Positions 11,231 to 20,694 of a DNA stretch of 64,000 nucleotides are shown here, in pieces. How positions within the stretch are numbered: the stretch's first letter is position 1; each line of letters starts with the position of its first letter. The notes beneath the pieces were generated by a model. That model was not told the DNA's origin. It saw only the letters and a program-made list of their open reading frames with translations, and did not search any database. Location of the stretch: assembly GCA_965368975.1 (NCBI GenBank), contig CBDUPA010000015.1, forward strand, positions 96,001-160,000, read 5' to 3'. The DNA comes from an uncultured bacterium. GTDB taxonomy: Bacteria > Acidobacteriota > Thermoanaerobaculia > Multivoradales > JAHZIX01. Position numbers and translations under genes: made by a program.

Positions 11231-14200
11231 TCACACCCCCAACAACACACCTTCCGCCTTCCCGCCCGTCATGCGCTCCAGCGCCACGACGTACCAGGCC
11301 AGTTGACGCCGGTACTTGTCCTCGACGGCCTTCAGATCCGGATCAGTCTTGAAGTCGACCACCACCCACTGCCCCGTCGCGTCCGGCCGTTCGAAGGCGA
11401 GGTCGAAGGTCCCTTCCAGGATCTCTCCTTGGCGCGGTCCATCCTCCAGGGGCAGCAGGAAGGGTGTTTCCCGGTAGCACCTCGACGAGCGTGCGGCGTC
11501 TTGCAGCAACTCGTGCGCAAGTGCCGCTTGCACCACCTTGACGCCGGCTTTGATCTCTTTGCCGGTCGCCTCCAGCGCACGGCCGTGCAGTTCGGTCAGC
11601 TTGGAGATCTCGGACGCTTCGGCGTCGAAGGAGACGTCGCGCAGCACGGTATGCACCAGGGTGCCGAAGCGCATGCCGGAAGGGCGACTCTTCGGCCGGG
11701 GTAGCACTTCGAGGCGAATGGGCGGCGCGAAGCCGGGAGGAGGTTCTTCGGTGTCGGTGGGCAGGGTGATGCGGAACTCGGGGACGCCGCCAGCTTCGAG
11801 GGCATCGTAGCGGCGGGCACGCCAGGCGGTGTAGCGGGCGACGCCTTCAGGAGTGGCGGTGCCGTCGTCGTCTTCGGCCAGCAGGTCTTCTTGTTGCAAG
11901 CCGTAATTGCCGCGCACTCGGAGCCGCAGCGTCTTCGGGTCCCACCAAACGACCGGATGCTCGCCTTCTTGCGGGTAGTGCAGACCGGGCAGGACGGACG
12001 CTTCAGGACGGCCGTCGTGGTCCTGGGGACGGTCGAGAATGGTGCGGTCGCCGCGCCGCGGGCAGCCAGGGGCCTGCGCTGCGCGACGCCAGTTTTCTTG
12101 GGTGGGATAGAGACCACGGTGCAGGGGGCTGAGCCAGGCGTCTTCGAGCACGGTGCCGTGGGCGCCATCGCCGAGAACCGGGGCGACGACGAGGTCGCGG
12201 GCGCGGGTAGCGGCGACGTAGGCGAGACGGACGCCTTCGGCCTGGTCGCGCTTGCGTTCGAGGTCGGCGTGGTCGGTGAGTTCCCAGGGGGCACAGCCGA
12301 GGAGCTTGTAGGCGGCGAGGTGGCTTTCGGGGTCGACGTAGAGGCCGGGTTCTTCGCGCGCCAGCTTGGCGGTGGGGTCGGCGAGCACGACGATGGGGAA
12401 TTCGAGTCCCTTGGCGGCGTGGACGGTCATCAGGCGCACGCCTTCGGCACCTTCTTCGAGCACCGGCGAGCCACCGCCGCCGACCTGCTCGGCTTCTTCG
12501 TCCAGGCGCTCGACAAAGCCACGGAAGGAGAGGGCACCGACCAGGTTGGCGGAGAGCTCGAAACGGCGGGCCAGGTCGCTGACGCGCTGGACGTTGGCCA
12601 GCACCTGGTTGCCGGCGGGACGCAGGGCGAAACCGGCGTGGGCGCGGGTGTGAGTGAGCAGGCGGTGGACGGTTTCGGCGACGGGGACGCGGTTGCGGCG
12701 GCGGTGCAGTTGGGCGAGGTGGTCGAGGGCGTCGGCGATGGGCTCGTAGTCGAGGTCTAGCTCGCTACCGGCGACCGCGGCTAGCGGACGAAAGGGGTGC
12801 AAGGAACCGACGTCTTCGCGGAAGCGCAGCAGTAGCTCGTCGGGAATGGCGAAGAGCGAGCCCTTGAGGGTGGCGAAGACGGCGAGTTCGTCGTCTGGCC
12901 ACTCGACGGCGGTGAGCGCGGCGCGCAAGGCTTCGACTTCTTCGCGCTGGTGGAAGGAGCGACCACCGATCAGCAGGTGCGGGATGCCGCGCGCTTCGAA
13001 CGCCTGGGTATACGGACGCGTGACGTCGCTGCCCCAGGAGAGGAAGCGGCGGAAGAGCAGGCAGATGTGGCGCGGGCGGATGGGCTCTCGGGCTTCACCG
13101 TCGTCCGAACCGCCTTCTTGCGATCCCACCGTCCAGCCACTGTCGTGCAACAGCCACTCGACGAAGCCAGCGACCGCTTCGGGCAGGCACTCTTCGATCG
13201 CGCGGCCGGTGACTTTGCCCCAGGGGCCGTAGGGGGCGTGCGCGGGCAGGGCGATCCAGGCGGGCTGATCTGGGCGGTCGGGACGCTGGCGGTCGAGCGG
13301 CACGTAGGTGGGCTGACCGCTCTCGTCGTCGCCGGTCATCTGCGCCGCGAAGACGGCATTGACGCCCTGTTGCAGGCTGCGCACCGCACGGAAGCTGCGC
13401 GACAGGTGCACAAGGCCGACGCCGGCACCTTCCGGAGGTGCCCCTGTGAGATGGCTCTGGATCTGGCGGTAGAGCAACACATCAGCGCGACGGAAGCGGT
13501 AGATGCTCTGCTTGGGGTCGCCGACCAGGAAGAGCTTGCCTGGCACGGGACGCGCGGCGCGCCAGTCGGTCTCGTCGGGGTCGTCGGCGGCGAGCAGCAG
13601 CAGGATCTCGGCCTGCAGTGGGTCGGTATCCTGGAACTCGTCGACGAAGATGTGGCTGAAGCGCTGCTGTAGATGGTGCCGGACCTCGGGCTGGTCGCGC
13701 ACCAGGTCACGGGCGAGCAGCAGCAGGTCGAGGAAGTCAAGGTAGCCGCTGCGCCGCTTGAGCTGTTCGTAGCTCTCGAGCACGTCGCTCAGCTCGCGCC
13801 GCAGCTCGACGGCAAGGTCGGCATCAGCGGCTTGACGGAAGGCGTCGAGGGCGGCGAGCAGGGCGTCGCGGCGGGCCTGGACGTCGGCGCGTGGCAGACC
13901 GGGGGCGTACTCTTTGCCGCGGCCTTTCCAGCCTTTGGTGCGCTTGCACTGCCGCAGCAGGTCGAGTAGCTCGGCTTCGAGGCGGTCATAGTCACGACGG
14001 CCGGAGTCGTTACGGCGGTCCGTTTCCCCTGCCTCCTCGCTCAGGCCCTCGGCGCGGGCGACGGCGGCGGCGAGGGTGCACACGGGCTCGAGGGCGCGAC
14101 GCAGGTAGTCGCCACGGTTGCGGCTGCGGGCGGCCTGTTCGGCGAGATCGGCGAGGTCGACGAGCAAGTCGTCGATGGCGGCCTCACGATCGAAGTCCCG

Positions 14201-14830
14201 CTGCTCCCATTCGGCGGGAAAGTCGCGCCAGTCGACCAGGCTCCAGCCGGCGGCACGCAGGCGGTCGAGCGGGCTGGTGCCGTCGAAGCTACGGCGACCG
14301 GCTTCGCGCGACAGGGCACGGCGCAGGCCCTCGGGCATGTGGTCGAGGCGGCGTTCGATCCAGGCGCGGAAGGCCTGCTCGTAGACGCGGCGGGCGTCGT
14401 CGTCGTCGAGCTCGCGGAAGGCGGGATCGATGCCGGCCTCGACGGGACGAGCGCGCAGGATCTCAGCGCAGAAGCTGTGGATAGTGCCTATGTGGGCTTC
14501 TTCGAGACGCGCGATGGCGTCCCCCAGCCGGCGCCGCTCAACGCGATCATCACTGGCGGCACGGGCACCGTCCAGGCGGTGGCGCAGGCGCAGCTGCAAC
14601 TCGCCGGCGGCCTTGCGCGTGAAGGTGACGGCGACCAGGCGGTCGACGGTGGTCTTGCCGGCGGCGAGTACGGCGACCAGGCGCGACACCAGCTCGGTGG
14701 TCTTGCCGGTGCCGGCGGCAGCCTCGACCAGCAAACTTTCGTCGAGGCTGCTACGGATGCGCTCGCGCGCCTCGTCATCCCGGGCGCGCGCGGCGTCATC
14801 CTCGCTGGCGTGGGCCAGCTCGTCTCTCAC
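11231..14830 (-). CDS. addA: UvrD-family helicase/PD-(D/E)xK nuclease, AddA-like
   Basis: EAAAGTGKT, TFTRKAA, VDEFQD, VGDPKQSIYRFR, MTVHAAKGLEF, YVAATRA, C-terminal G..DL...VDFKT..QLAWY; GTG start overlaps the addB stop. Confidence 0.88.
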   Translation of the reverse strand: MRDELAHASEDDAARARDDEARERIRSSLDESLLVEAAAGTGKTTELVSRLVAVLAAGKTTVDRLVAVTFTRKAAGELQLRLRHRLDGARAASDDRVERRRLGDAIARLEEAHIGTIHSFCAEILRARPVEAGIDPAFRELDDDDARRVYEQAFRAWIERRLDHMPEGLRRALSREAGRRSFDGTSPLDRLRAAGWSLVDWRDFPAEWEQRDFDREAAIDDLLVDLADLAEQAARSRNRGDYLRRALEPVCTLAAAVARAEGLSEEAGETDRRNDSGRRDYDRLEAELLDLLRQCKRTKGWKGRGKEYAPGLPRADVQARRDALLAALDAFRQAADADLAVELRRELSDVLESYEQLKRRSGYLDFLDLLLLARDLVRDQPEVRHHLQQRFSHIFVDEFQDTDPLQAEILLLLAADDPDETDWRAARPVPGKLFLVGDPKQSIYRFRRADVLLYRQIQSHLTGAPPEGAGVGLVHLSRSFRAVRSLQQGVNAVFAAQMTGDDESGQPTYVPLDRQRPDRPDQPAWIALPAHAPYGPWGKVTGRAIEECLPEAVAGFVEWLLHDSGWTVGSQEGGSDDGEAREPIRPRHICLLFRRFLSWGSDVTRPYTQAFEARGIPHLLIGGRSFHQREEVEALRAALTAVEWPDDELAVFATLKGSLFAIPDELLLRFREDVGSLHPFRPLAAVAGSELDLDYEPIADALDHLAQLHRRRNRVPVAETVHRLLTHTRAHAGFALRPAGNQVLANVQRVSDLARRFELSANLVGALSFRGFVERLDEEAEQVGGGGSPVLEEGAEGVRLMTVHAAKGLEFPIVVLADPTAKLAREEPGLYVDPESHLAAYKLLGCAPWELTDHADLERKRDQAEGVRLAYVAATRARDLVVAPVLGDGAHGTVLEDAWLSPLHRGLYPTQENWRRAAQAPGCPRRGDRTILDRPQDHDGRPEASVLPGLHYPQEGEHPVVWWDPKTLRLRVRGNYGLQQEDLLAEDDDGTATPEGVARYTAWRARRYDALEAGGVPEFRITLPTDTEEPPPGFAPPIRLEVLPRPKSRPSGMRFGTLVHTVLRDVSFDAEASEISKLTELHGRALEATGKEIKAGVKVVQAALAHELLQDAARSSRCYRETPFLLPLEDGPRQGEILEGTFDLAFERPDATGQWVVVDFKTDPDLKAVEDKYRRQLAWYVVALERMTGGKAEGVLLGV

Positions 14831-17800
14831 GGTGTCTCCCGGAGGCGGTTCAGCTCGGCCAGGCGTTGCGGCTTCTTGCGACGCAAGCGTTGCTCTTCCA
14901 GAGGACCACACACCGGCCGGAAGTCGCACCAGCGGCAGGCGTCCTCTTTGGGCGCAGCGGGTAGGAAGCCTTCGGCCAGGTGATCGTCGATGATACGCAA
15001 CACGGCCCCAGCAGCGGCGCGGCGTTCTTCGTCCAGCGGTACGCTGACGACCTCGTAGCCACCACGACGCGTGCAGTAGAACAGGCGCCCCTCCTCCACC
15101 GGCTGCTCGAGCAGAGCTTCGGCGGCGAGGCCATAGAGTACCGGCTGCAGCAGCTCACCGCCGCCCACCGACACTTGCTGTCGCAGGCCACTCGGCTTCT
15201 TGCCGGTCTTGTGGTCGGTGACGCGCAAGCGCCCCCCGTCGGCGTGTTCTTCGAGCAGGTCGATAGCGCCACGCAGCCGAGCCCCGCCCGGCAGGCCGCC
15301 GAGCGCCAGGTCCGCCGCTGGTTGTGCGTCGGTGTCGTGGCCTTTCTGAGCCTCGTCCAGGCCAGGGCCGGGACGCTCTCCGAGACCGAACGAGAGTTCG
15401 AAGCGCGACGGGACCCACGGCTCACCGGCGTCGACGACGGCACGCAGCCAGCCACGCAGGTCGAGGCCGAGGTCGCGGATCTCGTCGTCCCAAACGCGCG
15501 GAATCGCCGGTGCTAGTGTCTCCCGGTACTGGCCGGCGACCTCGGCCAAGACATCGGCGGCAAGCTCGCTGGCGGCCTCGGCGCGGTCAGGCGTCAGGGG
15601 TAGCAAGTCCCTGGCTTTCAGACGCTGGAAGAGCCTGTGTTGGACTTCGTGGAAAAGACTGCCTCGGGTCAGCGGGTCGAGTTGTTCGAGCGGACCGGGA
15701 CGCTCGCGCGGACGCAGGCGGTGGACGGCGTGCAACAGGAATCGATACGGGCAGGCGGCGAAGCCTTGCAGGGCGGTCGGCGAGTAGCTACGGGCCGCCA
15801 GGCGGTGGCGCTGCAGCACGGCGAGGGCGGAGGGCTGCGGGTCGACCAGGCCGTCGGCGCCGGAGAAGAAGTTGCGCCAGCGACGGCCGCGAGTGCGCAG
15901 GGAGCGCGCCAGGCAGCCGTTGGCGTCGACGCCCGGTTGCAGCAGGTAGCGGGCTTGCCCCTTGGCGGAACTCTTCACGGAATTCTTCAGAGTCCCCACA
16001 CCGAGCAGCGGTTCGAGCACCGCCAGGTCGAATTCGGCGTTGTCGATGGCGCGCTCGAAGTCGGCGGGTGCCGGCCAGCCGAGGCGGCTACCCGCGGCTT
16101 CAGCGGCCTGCGCTTCGAGCTGACGCACGTCGGGCAGCGCTCCCTGCGCGGCGCGCAGCAGGTCGAGAGCGTAGAAAGATGGTACGCGCGCTCGGCCCTG
16201 GACGGCATCGAGGTTGGGGTAACTGGCGACCAGGCGCTGGCGAGCGGCGCCAGCAGCCAGCCGCAGGCGCAGGCGCTCTTGCTGCACGCGCAGGTCCTGG
16301 CGCGGCAATGCGGCGTCAACCGACTGGCGGGCGGCATCGAGCAGCAGCGGATCTTCGGCGGCGCGGCGCGGGAAGATGCCCTCGGCCAGGCCGGGCAGAA
16401 AGACGGTGTGGAAGTCGCGTCCGCGCACTTCATCGACGGTGCCGACGAAGACCTGGCCGTAGCGTCGCTTGGACGGCTCGGTGCGCAGGAAAGCGAGGCG
16501 ATCGGCCAGCACCCGGCGTACCTCCGGCAAGCCGACCGGACCGACCTCGGCCATCGGCGCTAGTTCGCGCAGCACCTGCAGCACGCTCTCGGGGCGACGG
16601 AGAGCGACGTTGGCCAGCCGGCGCAGGTGGTCGAGCCAGGTACCCCAGGTCGCGCCCTCGGGCAGTTTGGCGAGGCGGTCGATCAACGGCAAAGCAAAGC
16701 GGCGCAGGTGGTCGAGCCGGCGCAGTTGACGCTCGATCGCCTCGGCGCGACCTTCGCCGCTCTCGGCTCCTGCCTGGCCGCCCGATGGTAGTCCAGACTG
16801 GCTGCCCGATTGGCCGTCATCGTCCTCTTCCCCACGGTGCTCCAGCCGCAGCCGCAGCTCGGCTTCGAGACCGTCGAGCCGGCGTTGCCAGCGCTCGCGA
16901 CCGCCGACCACGGCGGCGTCGACCAGCAATTCTTCCCAGCGCTGCGGCGTCTTGAGCGTACCGGCGATGACCGCGCTGTCTCCATCTTGCCCAGCTGGGT
17001 CTTGCTCGGTTTCGTCCTCCGCCTCGTCGTCAGGCACCCAGCCCAGACGCTCGAAGCCCCCGGGAGCCTTGAGCACCAGCTGTTCCCCGGTCGGCTCGAC
17101 CCACGGTTCCTCGCGCTCAGCCGGTGCACCGTCGTCGTCCACTGGGGGCACTTCACCGAGCGACAGGTACTCGGCGAAGCGGCTGGCGGAGAGTCGATCG
17201 GCGGCGCAGGCGAGCAGCGCCAGCAGGGCACGGCCGGCAGCGTGCGGACGCGCGGTACCGCGACTGAAGTAGGCGGGAATCTCGGCCCGGTGCAGGGCTT
17301 CTTCGAGCAGCGGCAGGTAACGCTCCCGATCGCGCAGCAACACGGCGACCTGATCGAAGGGAACGCGGTCGAACGGCACGGGCTCCTCATAGCCCGCTGT
17401 GGCTGACGCGGCCTCCAGGATGCGGCGCGCGATCTCAACGCACTCGCGACCTTCGCCCGGTGCACCCAACAACTCGACGCTGCGGTCGTCAGCGCGCGGC
17501 GGTGCCCCCGCGGCAAGCTCGGGACGGAAGACGCCACGGCGCAGGCGCTCCAGGCGCGGCAGGTGGTCGATGTCCCCGGCAGAGCTGGCGTCCGCGTCGG
17601 CAACGACGATCTCGGTGCCTGGACCCAGCACTTCGACCAACCGCGCCAGGCCCTCTTCGTCACCCGTGGCGACGGTGGCCAGCAGCGACGGTGCCCGTGC
17701 CGCCAGCGGTGCCAACAGGTGCTCCTCGGCCCGGCCGTCGGGCGACAGGTCGAGCCACAGCAAGGGCAGGCCGACGCGATAGGGCACCTTCCCGTCCCCC

Positions 17801-18429
17801 ACTTCGCGCAGGGCGTCTCCGGCCAGGCGCAGCAAGGCCGGTGGGTCGACCAACGAGCGCGTCGACAACTCGGCCTCGTAGTCCTTCAATAGCTGGGCCA
17901 AATCGCTGCCCGCCGGGCCGGCGTCGGCAGCGGTCAGCGCCTCCGGCGTCACCTCGTAGCGTCGCAGTTCGCCGAGTGTGCGCGCCAGCTGTTTGGCGAA
18001 GCCGGGCATGTCCGCGACGCGCTCGAAGTACTCCAGCTCGCCGCGCTTGCGGCAGCGCGCCACGGCCCGTGCGGCCAGCGCTTCCAGAGCCAAACCGGCA
18101 ACGCTGGTCAGCTGGCGCCGCGCCAGCATGGGTGTCGCCAGTTCGGCGGCCAGTTGCAGTACCGTCGCGCGGTGCGCGCCCAGCAGACCAGCGCGGTGCG
18201 CGCCCAGCAAACCCGTCGCAGGCTGTCTCGACAGCAGGCGACGCACGAAGTCATCGCCACCACCGCGCCCCGACGACAGAATCAGCGTCTCGCCGCTCGC
18301 TGCCGCCCTACTCTGCACATCGAGCAGCCAGGCGGACGCGGCGGCGAGACGGCGGTCCGCGGCGCTACTGACCAGGATCCGGCGCACAGAGCGCTTGTCT
18401 ATCGCTCGCGCTGGTCCCGGTTCCGGCAC
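14827..18429 (-). CDS. addB: AddB-like inactive helicase with C-terminal Fe-S PD-(D/E)xK nuclease
   Basis: LAEGIFP, SPTAL..FAACPY, RGSLFH, LRGAIDL, TDHKTG, LQPVLY, CRWCDFRPVC four-Cys staple; paired with addA. Confidence 0.85.
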   Translation of the reverse strand: MPEPGPARAIDKRSVRRILVSSAADRRLAAASAWLLDVQSRAAASGETLILSSGRGGGDDFVRRLLSRQPATGLLGAHRAGLLGAHRATVLQLAAELATPMLARRQLTSVAGLALEALAARAVARCRKRGELEYFERVADMPGFAKQLARTLGELRRYEVTPEALTAADAGPAGSDLAQLLKDYEAELSTRSLVDPPALLRLAGDALREVGDGKVPYRVGLPLLWLDLSPDGRAEEHLLAPLAARAPSLLATVATGDEEGLARLVEVLGPGTEIVVADADASSAGDIDHLPRLERLRRGVFRPELAAGAPPRADDRSVELLGAPGEGRECVEIARRILEAASATAGYEEPVPFDRVPFDQVAVLLRDRERYLPLLEEALHRAEIPAYFSRGTARPHAAGRALLALLACAADRLSASRFAEYLSLGEVPPVDDDGAPAEREEPWVEPTGEQLVLKAPGGFERLGWVPDDEAEDETEQDPAGQDGDSAVIAGTLKTPQRWEELLVDAAVVGGRERWQRRLDGLEAELRLRLEHRGEEDDDGQSGSQSGLPSGGQAGAESGEGRAEAIERQLRRLDHLRRFALPLIDRLAKLPEGATWGTWLDHLRRLANVALRRPESVLQVLRELAPMAEVGPVGLPEVRRVLADRLAFLRTEPSKRRYGQVFVGTVDEVRGRDFHTVFLPGLAEGIFPRRAAEDPLLLDAARQSVDAALPRQDLRVQQERLRLRLAAGAARQRLVASYPNLDAVQGRARVPSFYALDLLRAAQGALPDVRQLEAQAAEAAGSRLGWPAPADFERAIDNAEFDLAVLEPLLGVGTLKNSVKSSAKGQARYLLQPGVDANGCLARSLRTRGRRWRNFFSGADGLVDPQPSALAVLQRHRLAARSYSPTALQGFAACPYRFLLHAVHRLRPRERPGPLEQLDPLTRGSLFHEVQHRLFQRLKARDLLPLTPDRAEAASELAADVLAEVAGQYRETLAPAIPRVWDDEIRDLGLDLRGWLRAVVDAGEPWVPSRFELSFGLGERPGPGLDEAQKGHDTDAQPAADLALGGLPGGARLRGAIDLLEEHADGGRLRVTDHKTGKKPSGLRQQVSVGGGELLQPVLYGLAAEALLEQPVEEGRLFYCTRRGGYEVVSVPLDEERRAAAGAVLRIIDDHLAEGFLPAAPKEDACRWCDFRPVCGPLEEQRLRRKKPQRLAELNRLRETP

Positions 18430-18431
18430 GG

Positions 18432-19664
18432 CTATCCGGCTTGCTCCGGTACGGCAGTCGCTGGTGGATCGGCGTAGATCGTCCGGTTCTTGCCCTGCTC
18501 CTTGGCCACGTACATGCGCCGGTCGGCGATACGCAGCAACTCGTTCTTCACCTTGACCGGGCTGAGATTACGGCCGCCGGCCCCCGGCAGTAGCAGGCCT
18601 TGCAGGTCACCGTGCAACGTCGCCAACCCGGCGCTGCAAGTGACGACGCCGTGAATCTCGAATGCCGGATTGTTCTCTGGATCAGCCGGGTCCGGACGCT
18701 CCAGGAAAACGTGCTTCTCGATGCTCTTGCGGACCGTCTCGGCCGCCCAATAGACCTCCTGGTGCCCCGATTCCGGCAGGATGATCACGAACTCGTCACC
18801 GCCGTAGCGGGCGCCCACCGAGTGCCCGGGCAGCACCTGGCGCAGGATGTCGCCGACCTCGGCCAGGACTCGACTGCCAGCCAAGTGGCCGAAAGTGTCG
18901 TTGACGTTCTTGAAGTGGTCGAGATCGAAGAAAATGACGCCACAGTCCTGCCCATCGGCCACCGATTCTTCGAGCACCTGGCTCAGGCGGTAGTGCATGT
19001 AGCGATCGTTGTAGAGCCGCGTCAGGTCGTCACGCCGCGCCATCTCGCGCGCCCGCTGCGCTTCGATGGCGTTGGCCACGGACACTGAAATCGTCTGCGC
19101 GAAGATCTCTAGCAACTCCAGCTCGCGCTGCGTGAACACCTCTCCGTCGCGCCGGTTGATCAGCTGCAGCACCCCGACCACGTCGCGCTCGACGGTCAGC
19201 GGCAAGCAGATGACCGAGCGGGTCGTGAAACCGGTGAGGCGGTCGACGGCGGCGAAGAAACGCTCGTCCTGCGCCGGCTCGCGGCTGACGTACGCGTCAC
19301 CGGTGCGGAAGACGTGCCCAGCAATACCCCGCTCGACCGGCATGCGCGTCCCCGCCAGCCGCTGCGCGTGCTCGCCGAAGCTCGCCGCCACGATCAGCAT
19401 GGTCTCCTTGCCGTCTTCGCCCTGCACACCCTGGTCGCCGTCCTCCATGCCAGCCGGGCTGTCGCTGGCACTGGCACCGTCGCTGTCTTCGGTCAAATCC
19501 TTGAGGAAGATAGAGCCCGCCTCGGACGGTACAAAGTCGTTCGCCCGGCGCAGGATGTCGCAGAACACGGCACTCAAGTCCAGCTCGTACGACGGCGTGC
19601 CGCTCGGCTCCTTGGGCTTGAGGAAGTGCACCAGTTCCAGGTTGCTGATCGAGTAGGTCTTCAT
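18432..19664 (-). CDS. GAF-GGDEF diguanylate cyclase
   Basis: GAF domain (RGIAGHV, TRSVICLPL, GVLQLINR) plus DDLTRLYN, DLDHFKNVNDTFGH, RYGGDEF; alternative GTG start at 19688. Confidence 0.92.
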   Translation of the reverse strand: MKTYSISNLELVHFLKPKEPSGTPSYELDLSAVFCDILRRANDFVPSEAGSIFLKDLTEDSDGASASDSPAGMEDGDQGVQGEDGKETMLIVAASFGEHAQRLAGTRMPVERGIAGHVFRTGDAYVSREPAQDERFFAAVDRLTGFTTRSVICLPLTVERDVVGVLQLINRRDGEVFTQRELELLEIFAQTISVSVANAIEAQRAREMARRDDLTRLYNDRYMHYRLSQVLEESVADGQDCGVIFFDLDHFKNVNDTFGHLAGSRVLAEVGDILRQVLPGHSVGARYGGDEFVIILPESGHQEVYWAAETVRKSIEKHVFLERPDPADPENNPAFEIHGVVTCSAGLATLHGDLQGLLLPGAGGRNLSPVKVKNELLRIADRRMYVAKEQGKNRTIYADPPATAVPEQAG

Positions 19665-19703
19665 CAATCTTGCTTTGGCTTGTGCCACAGGATCCCGCTG
19701 GCG

Positions 19704-20363
19704 CTACTTGGTTCCGAACATACGGTCACCAGCATCTCCGAGGCCAGGTAGGATATATCCGATCTCGTTGAGCTGGCGATCCATGGCCGCGGTAAACACC
19801 GGCACATCCGGATGCGCCTCGGCGAACGCCCGTGCCCCTTCCGGTGCTGCCACCAGGCACACGAACTTGAGTGATCGCGGCCCCTCTTGCTTCACTCGCG
19901 CCACCGCCGCAGCCGCCGAGCCGCCCGTGGCGAGCATCGGGTCGACCATGATGACGTCCCGATCACTGACCGCGCCCGGCAGCTTGAAGTAGTACTCGTC
20001 CGGCTCCAACGTCTCCTCGTTGCGCGCCATACCGACATGCCCCACGCGCGCCGACGGCAGTATCTCGAGCATGCCGTCGAGCATGCCGTATCCCGCCCGC
20101 AGCACCCCCACTAGCACCACCTTCTTGCCATCCAGCACCGGCGCCTCGATCGTCTCGAGCGGCGTCTCGATCGTCTTGGTCGACATCGGCATGTCGCGCG
20201 TGACCTCGTAGACCATGAGCATGCTGATCTCTTTCAGCAACTGGCGAAATTTCGCCGTGCCGGTCGTCTTGTCGCGCATCAAGCTGAGCTTGTGCCGAAT
20301 GAGTGGATGGTCGAGTATGGTCAATGGGGCTTCGGACATCTGGGCTTCAGCCAGTTCGGACAT
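19704..20363 (-). CDS. upp: Uracil phosphoribosyltransferase
   Basis: [34 protein letters not shown]; GGAGGAG RBS before the ATG at 20363. Confidence 0.96.
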   Translation of the reverse strand: MSELAEAQMSEAPLTILDHPLIRHKLSLMRDKTTGTAKFRQLLKEISMLMVYEVTRDMPMSTKTIETPLETIEAPVLDGKKVVLVGVLRAGYGMLDGMLEILPSARVGHVGMARNEETLEPDEYYFKLPGAVSDRDVIMVDPMLATGGSAAAAVARVKQEGPRSLKFVCLVAAPEGARAFAEAHPDVPVFTAAMDRQLNEIGYILPGLGDAGDRMFGTK

Positions 20364-20610
20364 GTGTGGAGGCTCCTCCGCCTGCGCGTCAGTCAACAGC
20401 TCGGCCAACCGAGCACAGATCAGTGCAGATCACTCTGCTAACGACATCAGTTCCCCAAGTTTAGACCACCTGCCGTTGCAAGCGAAGCCTCGGACCTCCA
20501 AGTCGTCCAAGGCCGGCACGATTCTGGCCGGTTATCCAATTTGCGGGCGGAGAACTCGAAGAGCTGCGACGCGCCTTGACTCACTGAAGACTGGATCCTC
20601 GAAGACCAGC

Positions 20611-20664
20611 TCACCCCACCTCGCCGCCCCGCACCGGCCTAGCCTGGCCTGGCCTGGCCTGGCC
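20611..20664. repeat. Degenerate pentamer array (NNNCC)n / (GGNNN)n, 11 units
   Basis: tcacc ccacc tcgcc gcccc gcacc ggcc tagcc tggcc tggcc tggcc tggcc. Confidence 0.75.
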
Positions 20665-20694
20665 ACGGCAAAGTTGACCTTGCGTTGTACTTCA

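Noticed and set aside
11231-18429. Helicase-nuclease pair as a novel defence system or Cas4-linked module
   Set aside because: Architecture and order fit housekeeping AddAB, and no cas genes or arrays are nearby.
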